Under the pieces are notes generated by a model that ran no database searches, was not told where the DNA came from, and worked only from the letters and a program-made list of their open reading frames with translations. A DNA stretch of 64,000 nt, taken from assembly GCA_001600695.1 (NCBI GenBank), contig BCKQ01000001.1, positions 245,392 to 309,391 on the forward strand, given 5' to 3'. Shown in pieces: positions 1-11,192 of the stretch (the stretch's first letter is position 1; every line of letters begins with the position of its first letter). The translations under genes were made by a program, and so were the position numbers. This stretch comes from Ascoidea asiatica JCM 7603. Lineage: Eukaryota > Fungi > Ascomycota.

Positions 1-2
1 AT

Positions 3-425
3 CGTCGTCATTCAGCAGAATTTCGTAAAAGTTTAAGAGATTCAGAAAAATCACATTTAAAAAATTTAAATGAAAAAAAACAAAAAGTTAAATCAATTGG
101 AATGGAATCAATTAAAAAGAAATTATTAGCATCATTAGAAGCAGATCCAATACCAACAGATTTTAAAGATAAACAAAGTTCATTTATGGAACAAATTGGT
201 AAAGCAGAACAATTATCTGCAGTACCTGGTAAAGAAATAGAATCTGCTTTATGTTTTTATAGAAGTTTAGCAGTTTATCCAAATCCAACTGAATTATTAG
301 CAGTTTATCAAAGAACAGTATCTGAAGAAATTTATGAAATTTTAGTTTCAATGATTGCAATTCATCCACCAACTGCAGTTGCAAATATTTTAGGAGAATC
401 TGCAGCTTCTTTAGTTCAAGATTAA
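3..425 (+). CDS. TOM20: Mitochondrial outer-membrane import receptor Tom20, 5'-truncated by the window edge
   Basis: The frame is open from nt 3 (RRHSAEFRKSL, the post-TM motif of Tom20) into ORF 102..425, which has the Tom20 motifs FMEQIGKAEQL, ALCFYRSLAVYPNPTELLAVYQRTV. Confidence 0.9.
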   Translation, partial: RRHSAEFRKSLRDSEKSHLKNLNEKKQKVKSIGMESIKKKLLASLEADPIPTDFKDKQSSFMEQIGKAEQLSAVPGKEIESALCFYRSLAVYPNPTELLAVYQRTVSEEIYEILVSMIAIHPPTAVANILGESAASLVQD

Positions 426-892
426 TTTTTAGATAAAAAAAAAAAAAAGAATTAAAGGTAAAATTAAAAAAGGAAATAAAATTTTAATATTATAATAAAA
501 TCATAGGTGGGTTATAAAAATTCATAGATAGAGTTAAATTTTTTTTTTTTTTAATGACTATAATTAGTATTAATCAATTATCATTTTCTATAAAAATGTA
601 TCAGCGTTATAAAATTTTCTTATAATTTTTCTTTTATTTTTAATTTGATTATTATTCTATCAATTTTTTTTTAAATATTATTAGTATCTATTTATTTGTG
701 TTACTTTAAGTTTTTTTCTGTAAATATTATGATTTTTTTTTTTTTTACATTAACTAATCTGTAATAATATTTAATTGAATATTATATGATATCAAATTCA
801 GGAAAAAAAAAAAATGAGTATTTATAATTTATAAGTTAGAATTCAAACATTTTTAAAGAAAAATGAATGTTTTTATTAATTTACATAGATAA

Positions 893-1849
893 TTATTTAG
901 TTTCATCTAAAGTTTCAATTTTTTTTGATTCAACTTTAGTTTCTTCTTTAGATTCTTCTTTTGGTTCATCTTTTGATACTGGTTTACTTGCTTCAGTTTC
1001 AGATTCAGAATCATCAGAAGAACTAAATTGTTCAGCAGTTGATGGAGCATCAGAAGCACCAGAATTCATACTAGCTAATTTTGAAAAATCAGGCATACCA
1101 TCTTTACCACCCATACCTTGCATAGCAGCTAATTTTGAGAAATCTGGCATACCACCTTGACCACCCATACCAGCCATTGCAGACATATCTGGCATTCCAG
1201 GCATACCACCCATTCCTGGCATACCACCTGGCATTCCACCCATACCTGGCATACCACCAGGCATACCGCCACCATTTTTCATTAATTCACTAAAATCATA
1301 ATCTTCTGGACCACCTAAAGGTTTTGATAAATCCATTGGATCTGGTTTTTCATCAATAATTTCATCTTGTTCATCTTCATCAACCCATTTATTAAAATCA
1401 GTTTTAATATAATGTAATTTTAATTTTTCTTTCATTAATCTTGGCCAATATTCTTCTAAATTTTCACTTTTTTGTATAACGAAATTAATTCCATTACCAG
1501 AAATTTGATTTGTTGATAATTCTGGATTAATTTCTTTAAAAAAATTAACATCAAATTTATAATGAATTGATTCATCATATTCTGAATCACATTCAAAATT
1601 TAAAGATGTTTTATTTAAATTAATTTTAACATTAATTGGATCTAAAACTTCAATTTTTAAATATATAATATTTTTTTCACTGATTTCTTTATTTGAACGT
1701 TGAGCCCATAAAACTATAAAAAAAGAAAATATAAAACAAAAGATTTATTAATTGTTAGTATCTAAATTTGAATAAATTTAAAGAATTTGAAAAATTAGAA
1801 TAAAAATGAATGGATACATACTTGAAGGATGCATAGTAGAATTAGACAT
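893..1849 (-). CDS. SBA1: Hsp90 co-chaperone p23/Sba1, two exons (1849-1822 and 1713-893), 282 aa
   Basis: The spliced frame reads MSNSTMHPSILWAQRS...YWPRLMKEKLKLHYIKTDFNKWVDEDEQDE, followed by a Gly/Met-rich tail. Exon lengths 28+821=849 nt keep the frame. Confidence 0.93.
1714..1821 (-). other. Spliceosomal intron in SBA1 (108 nt, phase 1)
   Basis: Minus strand: GTATGT at 1821-1816, TACTAAC at 1760-1754, TAG at 1716-1714. Removal restores the conserved P-x-I-L-W-A-Q-R N-terminus. Confidence 0.93.
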
Positions 1850-2328
1850 TTTTGAATTGTATATTTATATTAGAAGTAAATGATAATTGATATATTTTAT
1901 TGACAATTTTGAATGGAATTGAAATTATAAATAATAAATAAATAATAGAAAAGAAGAAAGTGAAGAAGAAACCAAGTGAATTTAGAGAATTAATTCTAGT
2001 TATAATGGTAGCTTATACGTAATTTGGAGTCGACGAGTTTGCTTCTGAGAAGATGCGAGAAGTTTGCAGGGGGCAATAAATTTTGTATGGGTTTTTGCTA
2101 GGGTTTTGCTGTGGAACTCCATGGACTTTTCCAAGCGGTTTGGGGGAGCAGGGCGAGGAGAGCCGCAGAAGTGGCGCCAGACGGAAGGACACGGACGCAG
2201 GCACGAGGTACAGGGAGAAGGAGAGGAAAGGAGACCCGAGAAGGTGGTCTCAACTACATATTACAATTTTAAGTATGTTACGTACTGAAGATAAAAAGAA
2301 CATTGATTGAATATAAAATGAAAATTGG

Positions 2329-2910
2329 TTATGCTTTGACACTGTGAAATATTCTACATGGGTAATCGGCAGAGAAGATACCATGTTCAGCTTCATTGAG
2401 AATTTTCCATTTCTTACCTTTATTTAAATTTGGTGCAATAATGGCTTCACCTTTTGAACCTAGGATTTGTCCATTTATAATATTTGAAGGTAAATTATTT
2501 AAAGTACTTGATAGATATGTTACATTTGCAGAAACTTCACTAGTTTGTTTATATGGTAATAATTCACTTTCACCTTTTTTACCAATTGAAACTCTTGGAT
2601 TTTTAGAATTTCCATATAATAATAAACCAGAAATTTTATTTTGATCAAATGATGAAATTCTTGGATAATTTCTTCTATGATCTCTTTTATAATATGGATT
2701 TTTAGCAATATCACCTGCTGGTATGGTATATGGATCAGTATAATTTTTAGCATTTGGTTGAGATCCAGGAGCTGGAACTCTAAATCTTGGTACTAATGGA
2801 TTACCTGAAGAACGTTCAGGTACTAAAACTAATAATTTTCTTAATGTTTCCCAGATACCTCTGGATCCAGTTGTATATTTCTTCCATACAGGAACAGGTC
2901 CACCTGACAT
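2329..2910 (-). CDS. NADH:ubiquinone oxidoreductase accessory subunit (fungal 21.3 kDa/NUZM, NDUFA7-like)
   Basis: Motifs KKYTTGSRGIWE, RSSGNPL..FRVPAPGS, PAGDIAKNPYYKRDHRRNYP and C-terminal YPCRIF. Confidence 0.85.
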   Translation of the reverse strand: MSGGPVPVWKKYTTGSRGIWETLRKLLVLVPERSSGNPLVPRFRVPAPGSQPNAKNYTDPYTIPAGDIAKNPYYKRDHRRNYPRISSFDQNKISGLLLYGNSKNPRVSIGKKGESELLPYKQTSEVSANVTYLSSTLNNLPSNIINGQILGSKGEAIIAPNLNKGKKWKILNEAEHGIFSADYPCRIFHSVKA

Positions 2911-3414
2911 CTTTTCTACTTTTATTACTATCTCTTTTCTGTAGTATATTAAACTATATTATATTATATCTAATACAATACAATACAATTCAATTCAATT
3001 AAATTCAATCCAAAACACTGCAATACAGTACAATATCATAATTCAATGCCATAATACAACAACAACCTTTAATATATCTGATATCTTCATTATTCCAGTC
3101 CGTTTCGAGGGCCAATTAACACTCTTGAATTACAAAATAGACCAGAGCACGTGATGTTACTTGTTAGTCAGTGCTTATGTAATTCAAACAAAACTAAAGA
3201 CCATTTTTTAGGGTCTTCTTATTTTCTTATTTTCTTATTTTCTTATCTTTTATCTTATTATTTTACTATGCTGTTTTATTATTATTATTATTATTAATAT
3301 TAGTGTATGTTTATTATGACTATAAAAAAATCTAAATTTAAAGAGAATCAAACAAGAATCTAAAAAGAAATTATGAGAGTTTACGAATGAATGATTGAAT
3401 AATTAAATGAGAAA

Positions 3415-4497
3415 CTAATCAATTAAAGTAACATATTTATCATGAACTTCTTGAAGTTTTAATAAAATTTCATTTTTTCTTTCAATTGAACAAATTGAAC
3501 CCTTTATACTATTTTTACAAATTTTTATCCAAGTTTTTAAATTCCAATTAAATGTTAATTGACATGAAATATAATTATCTAAAATATATCCATTAAAATA
3601 TGATGGATCATCTGAATTTATACTAAATGGTACATCATATTCTAAAAATAAATTCAATGGTAATTCTTTTAAATTTTCAATAACTTTTAATTTTAAATTT
3701 GAAATTGGACAAACTGTTAATAAAATTTTTTCATTTGATAATTTTTTTAAAAGGTTTAAATCTTTACTTGATTGAATACCATGATCAATTCTAGTTACTT
3801 TTAATTCATTAATTGCATTTAAAACATAATTTGAACCTCCTTCTTCACCTGCATGAGCTGTTAATTTAACATTTGGATAATTTTCTTTAATATGATTATA
3901 ACAATTTTTAAATAATTCTGGTGGAAAATTTAATTCAGAAGAATCTAAACCTAAACCATGAATTAAATTTTTTTCATAATAAATTTCAGAATCTTTAATA
4001 AATTTAAAACAATCATTAACTGGTAAATGTCTTAATAAACACATAATTAATTTTGTTGAAATATTTAATTCTTTTAAAGCCTTTTCACAAGCTTTATTAA
4101 AACCATTAATAATATCATCAAATTTAATTTTATCAGATCTAAATAAATGTCCTTGTGGATCAAAAAATAATTCAATATGATAAATACCTTGAATTTTAAT
4201 TTTTTTTAAAAATTCATAAGCTAAATTAAAAAAATCATCTTCATCAATTAAAACATTCATACCAATATAATAATAATTTAAAAAATCATCTAAATTTTTA
4301 TAATCTTGTTTATATTTTAATGATAATTCTTCTTCAGTTTTTGGAAAATTATTTGGTAAAATTATTTTATTTTTTTTAGCTAATTTAAATAATAAATTTG
4401 GTGTTAAAGTACCTTCTAAATGACAATGATGTTCACATTTTGGTAATTCTGTTAAAAATTCTTCAACAATTGGTGATAATTTATTATTAACTGTCAT
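3415..4497 (-). CDS. AAH1: Adenine deaminase (adenosine/AMP deaminase family)
   Basis: LPKCEHHCHLEGTL, ELFFDPQGH, GLGLDSSE, TAHAGEEG, RIDHG, TVCPISN, SINSDDPSYF. Confidence 0.92.
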   Translation of the reverse strand: MTVNNKLSPIVEEFLTELPKCEHHCHLEGTLTPNLLFKLAKKNKIILPNNFPKTEEELSLKYKQDYKNLDDFLNYYYIGMNVLIDEDDFFNLAYEFLKKIKIQGIYHIELFFDPQGHLFRSDKIKFDDIINGFNKACEKALKELNISTKLIMCLLRHLPVNDCFKFIKDSEIYYEKNLIHGLGLDSSELNFPPELFKNCYNHIKENYPNVKLTAHAGEEGGSNYVLNAINELKVTRIDHGIQSSKDLNLLKKLSNEKILLTVCPISNLKLKVIENLKELPLNLFLEYDVPFSINSDDPSYFNGYILDNYISCQLTFNWNLKTWIKICKNSIKGSICSIERKNEILLKLQEVHDKYVTLID

Positions 4498-5538
4498 TTT
4501 TGTTAAATTTTAAGTTTTTTATTGTATTATATTATATTAAATTGAAAGTATATTAAGTTAAATAATGAATAATTGAATAATTAAATAAATAAAAAAAGCA
4601 AATAAGAAAACAAGAAAATCAATTAGTTTAAATATCAATAAATCCATAAATTTGTGAATATTCTTGAAGTTACAGTTATCAAGTTAGGGACATCTTTACT
4701 TTCCTACTTTCAAACTAGTGAAAAATAAACTTCAAATAAAAAAAAAGAAAAGGTATTTTTTTCACTGTACATTTAACTTAAAAATTTCAACAGTAAAGAA
4801 CTTTATTAATACTTTACCGATAGTTTTATTTAAAATGAAAAGTTTTTCCAATTCACAACCTTATCATAAACTCTCATACTTGATAAAATTATTTCGTTTA
4901 ATTTAGTCTGTCAGAAAGAAAAAAAAAAAAAAAAAAAAATATTGTGGCAGTTCACCTCAAACTCAATTTCAGTTTAAGCAGAAAACGAAAAACTTTTATC
5001 GCAACAGGTTTTTCCGGCAGGCCGAGGAGTCGCCGCGGCAATTCAGCCAGCCTTTAAAAGAGTCGGAAGTAATTTAAAAATAGTAGCATGTGACTGAAAT
5101 TACTTTATAAAGTAAATAATGAGCATTTCGGGATGAGATTCTCAAATGTTTCACTTTCAATGCTGGTTATGGTCACGTTATAAAAGTAAAATTACTTCAT
5201 GCAGTAATAAATTATCTCGAAACTCACTTCCAACACTGCGGATCTTGTTCTGGGCAAGGAATGAGCAAGCTGTTAAGTATGGGAAATCTCTGGAGTATGA
5301 TAACTGTTGTTAACTATGGGGAATATGTTAAATGTATTCAATATTCAATAAAGGTCAATTTCCATCGATATCTATAAAATATGTTAATTTGAGAGATTTT
5401 AAAATTTTAATGACTTCAATTGATTGAATTATTTTGAATAAAATAACAAATAAACTTATTCAATAAGATCAATTATTTATATAAATAACGATTTTTTCAT
5501 ATAGAAATATACCTAGAAGATCAATTTTTAATTTAAAA

Positions 5539-6489
5539 ATGCCTGTTGATGTATTTGATGATAAAGTAATTTTAACACATCCAGATAATAAAAATACTTC
5601 AGTAACAATTTTAAATTATGGTGCAACTGTTATTTCTTGGAAACATGAAAATAATGAACAATTATGGTTAAGTGAAGGTGCAAAATTAGATGGTTCAAAA
5701 CCTGTAAGAGGTGGTATACCTTTAGTTTTTCCCATTTTTGGTAAATCAAATGGTAAAGAAGATATTTTAAAAAATGATTTAAATAATTTTAATCAATTAC
5801 CACAACATGGTTTTGTTAGAAATTCAATTTGGGAATTTCTAGGTCAAACTAAAGAAAATCCTCCAACTTTACAATTTGGTTTAGGTCCTGAATCAATTAA
5901 TAAAGATTTAATAAATAAATGGTATCCAAATGAAATTGAATCAATTAAACAAAATTTTACTTTAATTATGTCAATTGAATTATCTTTAAATTCTTTAAAA
6001 CAATCAATTTCAATTGAAAATAATAATAATATAAATTCAAATAAATCTTTTAAATTTAATTGGTTATTTCATACTTATTTAAATATTAATAATATTGATG
6101 ATACTTTAATTACAAATTTATCAAATGAAAATTGTTATGATCAATTATTAAAAGTTAATTATATTGAAAAATCTCCAGGAATTTCAATAATTGAAGAAAT
6201 TGATAGAATTTATGAAAAAATTGAAAAAAATAAATTTATTCAAATTATTAAATTTGGTAAAGTAATTTTCACAATTAAAAGAATTAATTTACCTGATACT
6301 GTTGTTTGGAATCCATGGATTGAAAAATCAAATAATATGTCTGATTTTAAACCAAAATCTGGTTATAAAAATATGCTTTGTATTGAACCTGGTCATGTTC
6401 ATGATTTTATAACTTTAAATCCAGGTGAAGTTTGGAATGCTTCTCAAATTATTTCAAAAAATGATGATTTAAATCTTCAATCTATTTAA
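5539..6489 (+). CDS. Glucose-6-phosphate 1-epimerase (aldose epimerase family, YMR099C-like)
   Basis: YGATVISWK, LWLSEGAKLDGSKPVRGGIPLVFP, LPQHGF, WLFHTYL, DTVVWNPW, MLCIEPG. Confidence 0.92.
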   Translation: MPVDVFDDKVILTHPDNKNTSVTILNYGATVISWKHENNEQLWLSEGAKLDGSKPVRGGIPLVFPIFGKSNGKEDILKNDLNNFNQLPQHGFVRNSIWEFLGQTKENPPTLQFGLGPESINKDLINKWYPNEIESIKQNFTLIMSIELSLNSLKQSISIENNNNINSNKSFKFNWLFHTYLNINNIDDTLITNLSNENCYDQLLKVNYIEKSPGISIIEEIDRIYEKIEKNKFIQIIKFGKVIFTIKRINLPDTVVWNPWIEKSNNMSDFKPKSGYKNMLCIEPGHVHDFITLNPGEVWNASQIISKNDDLNLQSI

Positions 6490-6515
6490 TTAATTAATTT
6501 TAATTTTCACCTCCT

Positions 6516-6516
<1 letters not shown>

Positions 6517-6555
<39 letters not shown>

Positions 6556-6562
6556 TAATAAT
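6517..6562. repeat. (TAA)n microsatellite between convergent genes
   Basis: Run of taataataa... with one interruption. Confidence 0.9.
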
Positions 6563-6599
6563 GAAGTTGAAGACCCATTAAATTGGTCTCATATAATTT

Positions 6600-8132
6600 T
6601 TAATCTAAAATATTTCTATCTTTAGTAGATCTATAAAAAATTGTATATGAACATAAAAAAAATGCAATTATACAATTAAATGTTGTGAAATAAAATGTAT
6701 TTTTATAACAATTTGAACCTTCAATACAAATTAAATCATTATTTAAAATTTTATTTGAATTGTTATTTAAATTATAACCAAAATCTTTATTTATAATTGT
6801 TATTATTAAACATGCTCCAGTTGTCATAATACCCCAAAGTGTTGAAAAAATTTTATTATTTGAATGATAATAATCTGAAATTATTGAAGGATATGTACCA
6901 AATAAAAATCCAAAACTAAAACCAATTAAAATTGAAATAATTTTAAAAAATTTTAAATTATTATTAAAAATTATTAAAATTTGACAAATTATTAAAATTA
7001 TTGAAGAAATTAAAATATTCCAAGATCTTTGAAATTTAAATTTTATTAAAATATCTGAAATTGTACCTGATAAAATTCTACCAAAAAATTGAAAAATTGC
7101 AATTAATGAAACTTGTAAAGCTTGATCTTTTAATAATTCTTCATTATTTTTAATTATATTAAAATTTGAATCATATTGTGTTTTAATTATTATTCCAATT
7201 GTTAAAATATATAATTGACCAGTTGAATTCAATAATCCAAGTGTTAAATAATTAAATATAAATAATTTTGATTTTAAAATTTTAAAAACAGTTAACTCGT
7301 TATCTTCTTCACTTTCTTCATCCTCATCTTCGTCTTCTTCTTGATTTTCATTTTCATTTTCATTATTGCCATCAAAGTTATCTTGAGTATTATCATCATC
7401 ACTATTAGTAATAAAGGTACTTGCACTTGTACTTTGAGTTCCTAAATCAACAGTTCTGAAAATATTTAAATTATTTTTTTTTGAATTTAATTCTAATAAT
7501 GGACTATTTTCATTATCTATAGAATTTATTAAATAATTTTTTGGAATTATTCTAACAAAGAATCCACCCATTGAAATAAATATTAAAGAAACTAAAGATA
7601 GAAATAATAGTAAACCTGGAATACTATTATTAAAAAAAAGAACTTTAATTGAACTGAAAAAAAATGCACTTAAACCATAAATTGAAATTATCAAACCAGA
7701 AGCCATACCTTTATTTAAATTAAAATTTATTGTAATTATTTTTAAACATGAATAATAACCTAAAACAGAACCAATTCCAATTAAAGTTAAAGAAAAAGAT
7801 AAAAGAAATAAATTTGAAGATTTAATTAAATATAGTTTATAAAGAGTAAAATAACCTAAAGAATTTAAAATTGATGATAAAAAATTTGAAAATTCAGAAC
7901 CGAAATAATCTATAATTATACCAGAAGGTAAACCTCCTAAAGAAGCACCTAACATCAAAGCAGTACTCAATATTGAAGCATCATTTTGATCTAAATTATT
8001 ATTTGAAATTAACTGAGATGAATATGTCGAATAGAAATAAGTAGTTCCTGATATCAATGATACAAAACATGAAGCGATAAGAGAAGTTGATTTCCTAGGT
8101 TTTGGAAAATATTTTAGAAGATTGAATATCAT
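6600..8132 (-). CDS. MFS transporter, Mch1/nodulin-like family
   Basis: About 12 hydrophobic segments, SGTTYFYSTYS, GxxxDxxG, central acidic loop, QVSLIAIFQFFGRILSGTISD, C-terminal C.EG..CY. Confidence 0.8.
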   Translation of the reverse strand: MIFNLLKYFPKPRKSTSLIASCFVSLISGTTYFYSTYSSQLISNNNLDQNDASILSTALMLGASLGGLPSGIIIDYFGSEFSNFLSSILNSLGYFTLYKLYLIKSSNLFLLSFSLTLIGIGSVLGYYSCLKIITINFNLNKGMASGLIISIYGLSAFFFSSIKVLFFNNSIPGLLLFLSLVSLIFISMGGFFVRIIPKNYLINSIDNENSPLLELNSKKNNLNIFRTVDLGTQSTSASTFITNSDDDNTQDNFDGNNENENENQEEDEDEDEESEEDNELTVFKILKSKLFIFNYLTLGLLNSTGQLYILTIGIIIKTQYDSNFNIIKNNEELLKDQALQVSLIAIFQFFGRILSGTISDILIKFKFQRSWNILISSIILIICQILIIFNNNLKFFKIISILIGFSFGFLFGTYPSIISDYYHSNNKIFSTLWGIMTTGACLIITIINKDFGYNLNNNSNKILNNDLICIEGSNCYKNTFYFTTFNCIIAFFLCSYTIFYRSTKDRNILD

Positions 8133-8682
8133 TTGGCAGAAAAAATACCCTTTTCAAGAACACTATGAGATGTTTTCAATATCATATTTCTCTTAACTCT
8201 TTCCAGAATATTATATCTTGAGATATAAACTCCTCAACAGATCCTCAGAATCAAAGCTTTCTTATAAATTGTTTCGTGTTTCGTGTTTTGTCTTTGAACG
8301 TTCTTTTATTGTTGTTTCTGCTGCCAGTTCCGAAAGCAGCCAGATATATAAAGAAGAGACCCGCAGACTCGGTCTCAAAGCGAAAAAATGAAAGAAAATA
8401 TTGTACTATTAAAGTTAAAGCGGCTTACGTAAGATGCAAGAAAGCAAACAAAGGAAGTAAATATAAAAAAACAAAAAAATACAAAAAAATACGAAAAAAA
8501 ACACAGGAGGAAGCAACTTAACTAGGCTATATTTTTATTCAACCAAATATTAATCAAATAATAATAATGTGGTTTGGCTTGTAGCCCAAATGCTTTCAGA
8601 ATCATCATTACCATAGACGAGATTTTATTTTCGTTCTTTCAATAAGGGGAAGAGTTGCATACAGTTCAAACCTATTTCTACG

Positions 8683-9390
8683 TTATTCCAAATATCCCAT
8701 ATCCCTAGTTTCAGTAATTCTTTCATGATAACTTGGTGGTGGAATACTAATTACTGGAGATTTTTCATCATCAGATAATTTATTGCATTGAGAATCACAA
8801 TATAGCGGTAAAGTTAAATCTATTTCTTTATTTTTTGTATCACTTGAGATTATATTTCCAGCAATTTTAACAGATTTTTCATTCCTTTTTCTAGTGAATG
8901 TATATTTAATAAAATGATAAATAATTACAAATTTTGAACGATTTTCATATTTATTTTTGATATTTTTATAATTTTTTTTAAATTGAGTATATGGAGAAAT
9001 AATTTTATTAAATTTTTTAATTGGACTAATTAACCATTGAAAAAAAGCACACATCTTTTTGAAAAAATTTTTATGTATTTTATTTTTAATTACATAACCA
9101 GTTGTCAATACTATTATCATTGTAACTGACAAGAGATAAATACCACCAATAAAAGTAAATAGAAGTTTACCAAACAAATCTTCATCTTCTTCTCCCTGCT
9201 CTTGAGTTTCTGTCAGAATTTGAGTTATATTGTAACCAAAATCAGTAAGTTCAGAATGATTTTCAAGAATAGTGTTTTCAGTATTTGTATTTTTTTCTGG
9301 AGAATTTGAAGATTCTATGATTTCCATCACAGTTGAAGTCATTCTAGGAATACTTGATAGCGTTGTAGTTGATGGTGAATTTGAAATCAT
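8683..9390 (-). CDS. Orphan single-pass membrane protein with PY motifs
   Basis: 235-aa ATG ORF with one long hydrophobic stretch (LLFTFIGGIYLLSVTMIIVLTTGYVI) and C-terminal LPLY and PPPSY. No family recognised. Confidence 0.6.
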   Translation of the reverse strand: MISNSPSTTTLSSIPRMTSTVMEIIESSNSPEKNTNTENTILENHSELTDFGYNITQILTETQEQGEEDEDLFGKLLFTFIGGIYLLSVTMIIVLTTGYVIKNKIHKNFFKKMCAFFQWLISPIKKFNKIISPYTQFKKNYKNIKNKYENRSKFVIIYHFIKYTFTRKRNEKSVKIAGNIISSDTKNKEIDLTLPLYCDSQCNKLSDDEKSPVISIPPPSYHERITETRDMGYLE

Positions 9391-11192
9391 TTTTTCAGTT
9401 TTAAAAACAGAAAATATTTTGAGTTTATAATTAGCTTTTTGACTTATAATTCATAAATAGTTTATATATAGTTTAATTTAGTATACTATACAGTAAAATG
9501 TAATATAATACAGTTTATATTCTAATCAAAATAATACAATTTTATATTAAAATAAAAAAATCTATAAATATTATTGAATTAAAAAATATTTCAAAGAAAT
9601 GAAGAAATTGGTCTTATTTATATTTCCTTTAGTCTGTTTAATAATTTTTAAGTTTAATGTTTGCTCAGTTGATGAAATTATAAATATAAATTTTTTGAAG
9701 GAAACAAAATGATGTTTATTTTAACTTTAAGCAAAAAAAAAATAAGAAAGTGAGCAAGCAATGATTTCATCAACTCTCAATAGGTTTCTTGGACTTGGTT
9801 AAATAAAGATTGCTTAATCGCAACTTTTATTTTTCATCCACTGTATATCTCTTCTTCTCTATGTAATGTCATATTATATTATAAAGTATTCTCTCAGCTA
9901 TTTTTTATATATTTCATGTTTTATATTATACGTCTATATCCTTTTATACATTTTCATCCCCATAGCGAGAAAACAGACGCCAAACTAATGGGTCTCCTTT
10001 ATTTCTCTAAGGAAGTACTTAACTGTTTTTGAAAAACCACAGTGCTGTAATGGATATTCAAAATCAAATAAATTGATATCAAAATCTAAATCATCAAAAA
10101 ATATGTATGGATTATTTATTTATTCTGAAATATAAGAAATTTTATTATTTTCATTGAATCACCAAAAGATTCAACTATTAAGACCACATACTATAAATAA
10201 AACTTGAAACACTTTTTTTCTTATTCTTACTTTGATTTTTATTTAATTCAATATTTTCATAAAGCTATAAAATTTTTTAGAATGATTTGTGGATTACTCA
10301 TTTTTAAATTAATATAATATAATATATATAATTATTAAAATACGCTTAAAAGATAAGCATTAATACTTTTTTTAAGAATTATAATTTTATTGTAATACTA
10401 AATTATGTCTTTCATTTGATTGTTTATTTTCTAAATGATTTCTTAACAGACCTGCAAATAGACAAGCGATAATCAAACAAAGAGAAAATCGAGAAGAGCT
10501 GAATTGCGTCTGAAATTGAGTTCTCCGTGAGCAGCAGGGGCCTGCAGAGAATCAGCCACATACAAACCTTAAACACCTCTTTTGTTTCCAGAACATTTGC
10601 ACCGGGCCGAGGACCCAATCCAAGATAAATATTTATAGTAAAAAGAGTAACACAAATGAACAGAGTATAGACGACTATCTCAAACATATTACTAAGAATG
10701 TTAAGAACAGATTTGAAATATTGACTATTTTGAAATCAGCTTGATTTTGTTTAATTTTAATCTAAAAACAGGGAACTATTTATCAAAAGAAAAAAGCAGT
10801 GATAAAAAGTTCTTCTTATTTTTCATATAATTTCTCTTGCCAGCTAGAAAGAAAACAGAAAAATAAATAAGACTTATGAATTTTTGATGTGAAATGCTTA
10901 AAGTTTTAAAACAATTGAGTAGTATATATACATTATATTGTGCATTTCAAATTCCAATTATTTAATTGATTTTAAATATAGCAAAAATTAACACAAGTTC
11001 AGAAAAAAGAATAAATTTCTCAATAATTGTAAAATATTTATATATTTTTTAACATTGATCGAATCCAACATTTACAAAATTAGTTGAAAACTGTTGGGAA
11101 ATTAAGTGTTTAGAACATCTAAAAAATATTGAGCATTAAAAAAAATTTCACTAGCAGTTTAGATATTTACTTTCATATTTTGTTTTATCAAT

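Noticed and set aside
2013-2310. Three short overlapping ORFs upstream of SBA1
   Set aside because: Non-ATG starts in a GC-rich promoter patch where stop codons are rare; codon usage unlike host genes.
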